From the NCBI GenBank assembly GCA_963822175.1, contig CAWGGJ010000003.1, positions 582,802 to 646,801 of the forward strand: 64,000 nucleotides of DNA, given 5' to 3'. Positions 50,952-59,130 of the stretch are shown in pieces (the stretch's first letter is position 1; every line of letters begins with the position of its first letter). The notes below the pieces were generated by a model that was given only the letters and a program-made list of their open reading frames with translations, was not told the DNA's origin and did not search any database. Made by a program: the position numbers and the translations under genes. Origin of the DNA: an uncultured Chloroflexia bacterium (GTDB lineage: Bacteria; Chloroflexota; Anaerolineae; Anaerolineales; UBA4823).

Positions 50952-51412
50952 AAGGGTGCGCTCTTTGCACCTAAAACCGCGAGCTTCCTTTGCGAGGGGT
51001 GAGGTGCGATCTTTGCACCCCCTGTCGCGAACGCTCTTTGTGAGTGAGAAACCGCGAGTGCAGGGTTCTTCCCGAAACCTTGAGCGTACTTTACGAGAGG
51101 CGTTCTTTGCGAGTGGTGATGTGCGCTCTTTGCACCCCCTGTCGCGAACGCTCTTTGTGAGCGAGAAACCGCGAGTGCAGGGTTCTTCCCGAAACCTTGG
51201 GCGTCCTTTGCGAGAGGCGTTTATACAGTGTCTTCATGGATTCACTGCTTTACCCGCTGTCGCGAAGGCTTTATACGAGCGATCCAGAAACCAATGCCAA
51301 AATCTCATTTTTCCACCCTCTCGCTATTGGATCACCCACCTGCTCTTCACCAGCAACCCGCAAAGCGGGTTTCGTGGCATTTTCAGCCGGTGGATGAATC
51401 CACCGGCTGAAG

Positions 51413-51684
51413 CTGGCAGCGTATATCTGCGGTTAAAGGTTTTATCTGTTTACTTAACGGGTTTTCATCTGTGTATATCTGTGTTTATCTGTGGTTAATG
51501 GGTTTTATCTTTTTACATAGCGGGTTTTCATCTGCGTTTATCTGCGGTTAAAGGTTTTATCTATATATATAATAGGTTTCCATCCGTGTTCATCTGCGTA
51601 TATCTGCGGTTAAAGGTTTTATCTTTTTTTATAACGGGTTTTCATCTGTGTATATCTGTGTTTATCTGTGGTCAAAGATTTTAT
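51413..51684 (+). repeat. Tandem units with phased ATCTGYGK 8-mers (element E), 200 bp upstream of dnaN
   Basis: Five units, for example GGGTTTTCATCTGTGTATATCTGTGTTTATCTGTGGTTAATGGGTTTTATC plus an AT-rich spacer. Twelve 8-mers in total. Confidence 0.9.
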
Positions 51685-51885
51685 GGCACGAATTGAATCC
51701 ATTTGTTTCCTTAATTCAATTCAAATATTCCCTTCCCTTCCACCTTCCTCCCATGAGCCTGCTCAACTTTTCACCCTCATCCCGCACAGTTCTCCCCGAT
51801 TACTGGAAAATTTCCGCCTATCGTTGTATACTCAGAGCACGCTTGAGCGCTCTCTACGCGCTCCCAACCGAGGAGAAGTTCTGAT

Positions 51886-53019
51886 ATGAGAGTAACCGTC
51901 CTGCAAGAGAATCTGGCTCACGGCCTGAGCATCGTCTCGCGTGCCGTATCCCCCCGCAGCACCCTGCCCGTGCTGGCCAACGTCCTCGTCGCCACCGATG
52001 AAGGTCGCTTGCGCCTATCCGCCACCAACCTTGAGTTGGGCATCACCTGTTGGATCGGTGCCAAGATCATCGAGGAAGGCTCCACCACCGTCCCCGCCCG
52101 CACCTTCAACGACCTTGTTGCCACCCTCCCCGCTGACCAAATTGAGATGACTCTCAACGTCCGCAACCAGAAGCTGAACATCCGTTCCGCCGCATCCAAC
52201 ACCGATATCAACTGCATCGATTCCCAGGAATTCCCTCCCATGCCCACGCCGGACCTATCGGATGCCATCCCCATCAACGTGACTGAGCTGAAGGAGATGA
52301 TCCAGCAGGTGGCGTTTGCCGCCTCCACCGATGAAGCCCGCCCGGTGCTTACCGGCGTTTTGCTCTCTGCCCAGGGTAACCAGATCACCATGCAGGCGGC
52401 TGACGGTTTCCGCCTCTCCATCCGTAAGGCTGAGCTCTCCTCCGCCCTTCCCCGTCCGATCAAGGCCATCATCCCCGCCCGCGCCCTGGCCGAGCTGGCT
52501 CGCGTCGCTGGCGATGGCGACACCACCGTCACCATGGTCCTGCCTCCCAATCGCGGCCAGGTCATCTTCCACATGAAGGATGTCGAGCTGGTCTCCCAGC
52601 TCATTGAAGGCTCCTACCCCGACCTGGAGCAGGTCATCCCCCGCTCCCATCAGACCCGCACCGCCATCTCCACCCCGGCAATCCTCAAAGCCTGCAAGCA
52701 GGCAGAGATCTTTGCCCGTGAGGGCACCCACATCGCCCGCATCCAGATCACCCCCGGTGTCGATAACCAGCCGGGTACAGTTGAGATCTCCGGCCAATCC
52801 GAGGAGACCGGCTTCAACCAGACCGTGATCGATGCCAACATCGAGGGGAGCGGTTTACTCATTGCATTCAACGTGCGCTTCCTGCGCGAAGTCCTCGACG
52901 TGATCAAGACCCCCAACGTCATCCTTGAGACCAATATTGAAACCACACCCGGCGTATTCAAACCCGCCGGTGAGGATAACTTCCTGCACGTCATCATGCC
53001 CATGCACCTGGGTGGTTAA
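51886..53019 (+). CDS. dnaN: DNA polymerase III beta sliding clamp
   Basis: 377 aa with GAGGAG RBS. N-terminus MRVTVLQENLAHGLSIVSRAVSPRSTLPVLANVLV...LRLSATNLELGI. C-terminus ...FLHVIMPMHL. Confidence 0.95.
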   Translation: MRVTVLQENLAHGLSIVSRAVSPRSTLPVLANVLVATDEGRLRLSATNLELGITCWIGAKIIEEGSTTVPARTFNDLVATLPADQIEMTLNVRNQKLNIRSAASNTDINCIDSQEFPPMPTPDLSDAIPINVTELKEMIQQVAFAASTDEARPVLTGVLLSAQGNQITMQAADGFRLSIRKAELSSALPRPIKAIIPARALAELARVAGDGDTTVTMVLPPNRGQVIFHMKDVELVSQLIEGSYPDLEQVIPRSHQTRTAISTPAILKACKQAEIFAREGTHIARIQITPGVDNQPGTVEISGQSEETGFNQTVIDANIEGSGLLIAFNVRFLREVLDVIKTPNVILETNIETTPGVFKPAGEDNFLHVIMPMHLGG

Positions 53020-53094
53020 GATCCACTTCCTATCCTGGCGGGCAATGCCCGGTTTTACCATCAAGCGGATCTCGTCCGCTTATCCAATCAAAAC

Positions 53095-55425
53095 GTGATG
53101 ACCCTGCCATCTGTCAACGTCGAAAAGACCCTGCGCATCTACCTGGCGCTAGCTCAATATCCCATCCTGCGCACCCAAATTCGAGCCCGTATGCGCCGTG
53201 AGCTCTTTGAGCGTGGGGTCATCTCCCAGCAGGATTTCGAGACCGAAGTACGTGAGCAAGCCATCCAATCCCAGGCTCGCGAAGCCTTGCAGGATCCGTT
53301 GTCCGAAGAACCTGTGGATGTCTGGGAGCTGCGCCTTTCCCGCCTGCGCGACCATCTCACCGATTTCTACTTTGCCTACAACCTGCCCTACGAGCTGTTC
53401 GAGCAGATCGTGCGCGACACCCTGGCTGAGCGCGGTGTGCTGGTGCGCGACATGATGGTCTCCTTCAACGCTGAGCTTGCCCCACAATACATGCTCTTCG
53501 AGCAGGCTGCTGCCATTGAAAAGCTATCCACGGATGAACGCCTCCTGGCTGAGCCTCACCTGCGCGAGATCAAGGTCGTCCTCATCCGTACCCTCATCAG
53601 CGACCAGCTTGCCTATGTCAACATCGCCAAGGATTGGCTCACCATCCAGGACCTGCGCGAGATCCACCAGCACAAGATCGGCAGTGGCAAGATCGGCGGC
53701 AAGTCAGCAGGCATGCTTCTCGCCCGGCGCATCCTCATGAATACGGCCTCCCCCGAGCTGAATGCGCACCTTACCATCCCCGAGTCGTATTACCTGGGCG
53801 CGGATGTCACCTACACCTTCATGATGATGAACAACCTGATGCACTGGAACGACCAGAAGTATAAGCCGGAGCGCAGTATCCGCTCGGAATATCCGCAGAT
53901 CGTCACCGATTTCCTGGCGGGTAAGTTTCCCCAGGAAACCCTGTCTGAGCTGCGCACGTTGCTCAAGAAGGTGGGCGATCAGCCCCTCATCGTCCGCTCC
54001 TCCAGCCTGCTGGAAGATAACTTCGGCACCTCCTTTGCGGGCAAGTACGAGAGCCTGTTTTGCCCCAACCAGGGCACCCTTGAGGAAAACCTGCACCAGC
54101 TCACCCAGGCCATCCAGCGCATCTATGCCAGCATCCTCAACCCCAATGCCTTGCTCTACCGGCGCAGCAAAGGTCTGCAGGATTATGACGAACGCATGGC
54201 CATCCTCATCCAGGTGGTGCAGGGGGAGCGCATGGGTCGCTATTTCCTCCCCCACGGGGCTGGGGTCGCTTTCAGCCGCAACCAGTTCCGCTGGAACCCG
54301 CAGATCCGCCGCGAAGCAGGGTTTATCCGCCTCGTGTGGGGGCTTGGAACCCGTGCCGTCGAGCGTGTCGGCTCAGATTATCCCCGCCTGGTGGCTCTCA
54401 GCCACCCTCTGCTCCATCCTGAAGCCACCCCCAGGCTCATCAGCCAGTATTCCCAGCACTTCGTCGACCTGATCGACCTGCAGGAAAACCAGCTGAAATC
54501 GTTGCCCGTGGAAGATGTGCTCACCAACCATTATCCAGGCTTGCGCTACATTGCTCAAGTATACAGTGAAGATTTCTTGCTCCCCATCCGCAGCAACCTG
54601 TTGGATGGTGGTACCAGCACCCTGGTGATCACCTATGATGAGCTGTTTCGGCGCACCCCCCTGGCACAGCGTTTTCGCGAGATGCTGGGGAAGCTGGAAG
54701 AGCATTACCACTCCCCCATCGATACCGAATTCACCCTGAAGCTGGTCAATCCCTATTCCACCCAGCCTCAGGTGGATATCTGCCTGTTGCAGTGCCGTCC
54801 ACAATCCCATTTCAAGGAAAGCCGGGTCCGTCTGCCCAGCAGTGTCAATCCTGCCGATGTGATCTTCTCCACCCAGCGCATGGTGCCTGCCGGGCAGGTG
54901 TCTGGGATCACCCGGGTCATCTTTATCTCGCCGGAGGCTTATTTCTCCCTTTCCACCCAGGCAGAAAGGGCGCACATTGGGCACCTTGTCAGCCAGCTGA
55001 ATGCAAAACTGGTTGGCACTACCTTCATCACCATCGGGCCGGGTCGCTGGGGCACGGTCAACCCGGACCTGGGGGTGCCGATCAATTATGGGGATATCTA
55101 CAACACCCGCTCCCTGGTCGAGCTCGCTGGCCATACTGCCGATGCCGCCCCCGAACCCTCCTTTGGCACGCATTTCTTCCAGGACCTGGTCGAGTCCAAT
55201 ATCTACCCGCTGGCGATCTACCTGGAAGACCCTGAAGTCCAATTTAATCACCCCTTTTTCTATGACACCCCCAACCATCTGGCTGATTACCTCCCGGATG
55301 CTGCCGGGTGTTCTGATGTTGTCCGCCTGGTCGAAGTGGCCTCCTTCCGCCCGGATCATCACCTGGAGCTGATCATGGACGATGAAAAAGCCCAGGCATT
55401 GGCTTACCTGGTGCCGGACGAATAA
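53095..55425 (+). CDS. PEP/pyruvate-binding (PPDK_N-type) domain protein
   Basis: 776 aa. KIGGKSAGMLLARRIL and PLIVRSSSLLEDNFGTSFAGKYESLF match the ATP-grasp nucleotide-binding domain of PEP synthase/pyruvate phosphate dikinase. No phosphohistidine swivel or PEP-utilising C-terminal domain recognised. Confidence 0.75.
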   Translation: MMTLPSVNVEKTLRIYLALAQYPILRTQIRARMRRELFERGVISQQDFETEVREQAIQSQAREALQDPLSEEPVDVWELRLSRLRDHLTDFYFAYNLPYELFEQIVRDTLAERGVLVRDMMVSFNAELAPQYMLFEQAAAIEKLSTDERLLAEPHLREIKVVLIRTLISDQLAYVNIAKDWLTIQDLREIHQHKIGSGKIGGKSAGMLLARRILMNTASPELNAHLTIPESYYLGADVTYTFMMMNNLMHWNDQKYKPERSIRSEYPQIVTDFLAGKFPQETLSELRTLLKKVGDQPLIVRSSSLLEDNFGTSFAGKYESLFCPNQGTLEENLHQLTQAIQRIYASILNPNALLYRRSKGLQDYDERMAILIQVVQGERMGRYFLPHGAGVAFSRNQFRWNPQIRREAGFIRLVWGLGTRAVERVGSDYPRLVALSHPLLHPEATPRLISQYSQHFVDLIDLQENQLKSLPVEDVLTNHYPGLRYIAQVYSEDFLLPIRSNLLDGGTSTLVITYDELFRRTPLAQRFREMLGKLEEHYHSPIDTEFTLKLVNPYSTQPQVDICLLQCRPQSHFKESRVRLPSSVNPADVIFSTQRMVPAGQVSGITRVIFISPEAYFSLSTQAERAHIGHLVSQLNAKLVGTTFITIGPGRWGTVNPDLGVPINYGDIYNTRSLVELAGHTADAAPEPSFGTHFFQDLVESNIYPLAIYLEDPEVQFNHPFFYDTPNHLADYLPDAAGCSDVVRLVEVASFRPDHHLELIMDDEKAQALAYLVPDE

Positions 55426-55499
55426 TGCCAGCATTCGATCATGAAATTATGCTTATTCGATAAATCTACTTTTGTTCAATAGATCGAGGAGATGAGACA

Positions 55500-56159
55500 A
55501 TGAAGAAATTCGTGGCAGTCGCAGGCAACATAGGCGTCGGAAAATCCACCCTGGTGAGCATGTTGTGCGACCATCTTGGTTGGCAGCCGTTTTTTGAGCC
55601 CGTGGGTGAGAACCCCTACCTGTCCGATTTCTACCGCGATATGCACCAGTGGGCGTTTCACTCCCAGATATTCTTCCTCACCCGCCGCTTGCGTTCTCAC
55701 CGCCAATTGTGTGACCATCCCACCTCCGCCATCCAGGACCGTAGCGTCTATGAGGATGCCGAGGTCTTTGCCCACAACCTCTTCATCAATGCCATGATGG
55801 ACGAGCGTGACTACCTCACCTATCGTGAGCTTTATCGTGTCCTGACTGAGTTTCTACCCCCACCCGACCTGGTGCTCTATCTGCGTGCCTCGGTGGGCAC
55901 CTTACAGCAGCGTATTGCCTCCCGCGGCCGCGACTACGAGCGTACGATCACCCCCGATTACCTGGGCCAGTTGAACGTTCTGTATGAGGATTGGATCGAC
56001 AATTTCAGCCTGTGCCCTGTGCTCACTGTCCCCGCCGACCAGCTGGATTATGTCGCCCATCCGGGTCACCTGGATTTGATCGCCCAAAAAGTGGATGAAA
56101 AACTGACCGGCAAGGAGGAGGTCGTTTTCTCTGCGGATGAGCTGGCCAATTCCGTCTGA
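55500..56159 (+). CDS. Deoxynucleoside kinase
   Basis: 219 aa with GAGGAG RBS. P-loop AGNIGVGKSTL. Motifs: FEPVGENPYL, DRSVYEDAEVFA, IASRGRDYE. Confidence 0.9.
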   Translation: MKKFVAVAGNIGVGKSTLVSMLCDHLGWQPFFEPVGENPYLSDFYRDMHQWAFHSQIFFLTRRLRSHRQLCDHPTSAIQDRSVYEDAEVFAHNLFINAMMDERDYLTYRELYRVLTEFLPPPDLVLYLRASVGTLQQRIASRGRDYERTITPDYLGQLNVLYEDWIDNFSLCPVLTVPADQLDYVAHPGHLDLIAQKVDEKLTGKEEVVFSADELANSV

Positions 56160-56261
56160 TCATATATTGAGATAGGTGAGTAGTCCTCCTGATAGGCATT
56201 ACGTAAATCATCACCTGCATTTTTCCCACCTGTCCAGGCTATTGTGCCCTTCAGGCTGGCA

Positions 56262-57965
56262 TTAAACCTGCTCCAGTTTTTCTATCATCCCCTCCGCTAG
56301 GCTCACCACCTGCCGGACTGTCTCCACGTCAAAGGCAAACTTCGCCCCGGCCGCCTCATACAGCTTCGGGATGGGTAATGTCCCTCCATAGGATAGCGCT
56401 CGCCGGTAAGCTGCCACCGCAGCCTTCCGGTCTTTCATCGCATTGGCCCAGATCTGGAATGCGCCCAGCGATGCCAGTCCATACTCAATGTAATAGAATG
56501 CCACCTCGAAGATATGCTGCTTCCGCTGCCAGCCGGTGACCATTTCATCCTCCAGCCCGCTCCAGTCCACTCCGATCATGTACCTGTGCCACAGCTCAGC
56601 CCACATCTGGTCGCAGTTCTCGGGATGCATGGCATCTGCCGGGTTTTCGTAAGCCCAGTGTTGGAAGGCATCCACCACCACCATGTATGGCCAGAAGAGC
56701 ACGCATTCCTCCAGGTGCTCAATTTGAGCCCGGGCGGCATCCTTTTCGGAATAGAAACCACCTTCACTTGCCACCAGGTAGGGGAAAGCCAGCAATTCCA
56801 TCGCCATCGATGCCACCTCAGCCATCTCCATGCCTACAGGCAGCTGCTGATAATACGGCAGGCGTGCTTCTTCAAATACGTGGAATGCATGCCCGCCCTC
56901 ATGGATCAGCGTGGATACATCCGTATGTAATCCCACTGCGTTCTCAAAGATGAATGGCAGACGCACCAGGTCGTAGTTATTACAGTAAGCACCCGGGGCT
57001 TTACCCTTGCGGTTCTCCAGGTCAAGCAGCCCTTCGCGGCGCATGATCTCAAAGTATTCGCCCAGCTCCGGGTCCACCCGGTGGAAGATGGCAGAAACCT
57101 TCTCTTCCAGCTCGGTGATCGCCTGGTATGGTTTGAGCGCCTCACGACCTTGGGGGTCGACGTTTAGATCCCATGGACGCAGGCTGCTGAGACCCAGCTG
57201 CTTGCGCCTTTTCTCATAGATGCGACTGGCAGCCGGTACCACCACCCGCTCAATTGCCTGATGAAATTGCCTGCAATCCTCTGGTGTGTAATCAAAACGA
57301 AGCAGCTCCTGCCAGCGATAAGCCCGGTAATCCGGAAAGCCCGCATTCCTGCCAATTCGAACGCGCACGTCCAGCAGTTTGCCCCAGGCTTCATTCACCC
57401 TCTGCCTGTCCGCAAGCTTGCGCTGCATCACCAACCGCCACGCCTTTTCACGGTCAGCCCGGTCCTGGCTCAGGGAAACTGGTTCCAGCTGTGTCGGTGT
57501 GACTTCCTCACCCTCCCATATAACGGTTTGCGCCCCGATGATCTCATCATATTCATTTCCCAGCTTTTTCTCTTCGGAGAGTAGTGCCAGGTTCTCTTCT
57601 CGGAAGATTTCAGCCTCAACGCGCATATTGCGCAGGGGAATTTCAAATCCCTCAGGTTGTAATCCGCTGCTCAGCAATTTCTCTTTGAGCCTCTGGTTGG
57701 ATGCCTGGAAAGGATCATAAATCTCATCCAGGAAGGAGTTGAACCGATTTTTGACTTCCGCATCGGTCGTATTGACCGTGGTTGCAACCCACAGGCGGCC
57801 AAAGATCTCTGAAACGAGTCGATTCAGGTCAGACCAATCCCTTACCCAATCTTCCAGGCTTTCTGGTGAGATTGGGCGTTTTTGTAGATCATCGGCAAGT
57901 GGTTTTATCTGTGTCCATTTCCATTGGAGAAACTCTTGTGGATCCCTGGGTATATTCCTGAACAT
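56262..57965 (-). CDS. pepF: M3 family oligoendopeptidase (PepF-like)
   Basis: 567 aa with zinc motif HEGGHAFH and downstream E (EVASMAME). Overall length and layout are typical of M3B. Confidence 0.85.
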   Translation of the reverse strand: MFRNIPRDPQEFLQWKWTQIKPLADDLQKRPISPESLEDWVRDWSDLNRLVSEIFGRLWVATTVNTTDAEVKNRFNSFLDEIYDPFQASNQRLKEKLLSSGLQPEGFEIPLRNMRVEAEIFREENLALLSEEKKLGNEYDEIIGAQTVIWEGEEVTPTQLEPVSLSQDRADREKAWRLVMQRKLADRQRVNEAWGKLLDVRVRIGRNAGFPDYRAYRWQELLRFDYTPEDCRQFHQAIERVVVPAASRIYEKRRKQLGLSSLRPWDLNVDPQGREALKPYQAITELEEKVSAIFHRVDPELGEYFEIMRREGLLDLENRKGKAPGAYCNNYDLVRLPFIFENAVGLHTDVSTLIHEGGHAFHVFEEARLPYYQQLPVGMEMAEVASMAMELLAFPYLVASEGGFYSEKDAARAQIEHLEECVLFWPYMVVVDAFQHWAYENPADAMHPENCDQMWAELWHRYMIGVDWSGLEDEMVTGWQRKQHIFEVAFYYIEYGLASLGAFQIWANAMKDRKAAVAAYRRALSYGGTLPIPKLYEAAGAKFAFDVETVRQVVSLAEGMIEKLEQV

Positions 57966-58021
57966 GGTCTATCCTTTCAGCCGTATCGGCTAATGGCACT
58001 GTGGTTCCTGGCAGTCATCCA

Positions 58022-59005
58022 TTAAATGCCAGGCTCTTGCTCACTCTCCCAATCTTTGGTATACCAGCGCAGGTAGTCTTCAACATGTGCCTGCCAGTAT
58101 TCCTCATTATGGTATCCCGCAAACATATGCCACTCGTGTGGAAGATTATATTTGGTCAATATACTCTCCAGCCATCTGGCTGGTGGCATTAAGTTTGGAT
58201 CACTGGCACCGATATCCAGATATATCCTTGGTCTTAAATCTTCCGGCATTTGTTTAAGCCACTGGTGGATCTCTTTCACATCACTTTGAAACACAAAACC
58301 ACTGTGTACTCCTAGTGCGCTGAATAGTTCCGGGTGTGACATCACCAGGCGAACCGCCCAGGCTCCCCCCCTGGATAATCCACCAACCGCCCGATGTGCC
58401 CGGTCCGGGATCGTGCGATAATGCTCATCCACCCAGGGGATCAGCGCTTGCTCCACTGCAATCCCAAAATGATCATAGGCTGGCTCGTGCCAGACACGAT
58501 CCCTGGGCATCACGACGATGAATGGGGCAGCTTCTCCTGCTGCGATCAGCCGGTCTGCAATTTCGGGCACTCCCAGGCGATCCCACTGATCATCCGTATA
58601 GGTCTGACCGTGGATCAGGTACAGGACTGGATAAGCGAGCTCAGGCTGCTCTTTATAGCACGGTGGCAGGTAGATCCGGAAGACCAGTGGTTGTGGCAGC
58701 AGGTCTGTCTTGAACTCACTCACCTCCACTGTCCCCCCTGCCTTCATGCAGGCGGTCAGGGTAGGCGTGGACATTGGAGGCCTTGGGGTGCGGCTGGAGG
58801 TGGGCGTCTGAGTTGGCAGGCGTGGCGTTTGCGTGGGTGTGCTGGTCAGTGTGGATGTGGCTTTTACTGTTGCAGTCAGCGTCGGCGTAGGTGATTCCTG
58901 TACACCCGAATCCGTAGGCATGCTTTGCTGCATTTGTAAGCTAGCTACACCACACGACGGTATAAGGAAAATGATCAAACATGCTGCAAGGAGGAATTTC
59001 CACAC
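58022..59005 (-). CDS. Esterase-family lipoprotein (putative esterase/CE1-like alpha/beta hydrolase)
   Basis: Lipobox LIPSC, then a PT-rich linker. Motifs: YPVLYLIHGQTYTDDQWDRLG and GGLSRGGAWA (GxSxG). Confidence 0.8.
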   Translation of the reverse strand: MWKFLLAACLIIFLIPSCGVASLQMQQSMPTDSGVQESPTPTLTATVKATSTLTSTPTQTPRLPTQTPTSSRTPRPPMSTPTLTACMKAGGTVEVSEFKTDLLPQPLVFRIYLPPCYKEQPELAYPVLYLIHGQTYTDDQWDRLGVPEIADRLIAAGEAAPFIVVMPRDRVWHEPAYDHFGIAVEQALIPWVDEHYRTIPDRAHRAVGGLSRGGAWAVRLVMSHPELFSALGVHSGFVFQSDVKEIHQWLKQMPEDLRPRIYLDIGASDPNLMPPARWLESILTKYNLPHEWHMFAGYHNEEYWQAHVEDYLRWYTKDWESEQEPGI

Positions 59006-59130
59006 CCTCGCAGTTTACCACAAGATATCCCATGCCTGGTAAATTAAACCCACGTGAGTGTGTGAAAGGGTTCACCCAGATTCAATCTTTCGCTGGTAAA
59101 ATTGCTGGATATTTACCCATGGAGAAACCT

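Larger units (their letters stand above)
50923..51715 (+). repeat. Composite non-coding element, copy E (between the RHS gene and dnaN)
   Basis: See copy D. Copy E has an internal ~117-bp duplication (50994-51110 vs 51111-51227) and five tandem units. Confidence 0.9.

Noticed and set aside
51413-51684. The tandem 52-63-bp units as a CRISPR array.
   Set aside because: The would-be spacers are short (10-15 nt), A/T-only and similar to each other. The repeats themselves are built from 10-nt sub-repeats. No cas genes are in the window.
50923-51885. A classical oriC with DnaA boxes upstream of dnaN.
   Set aside because: Only one near-consensus box (TGTGGATTA, 8/9) occurs per element. The abundant 8-mer ATCTGYGK matches TTATCCACA at only 5/9. 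No dnaA gene is adjacent, and the same structure is duplicated 10 kb away. It is kept as an open hypothesis in the findings but not called as oriC.
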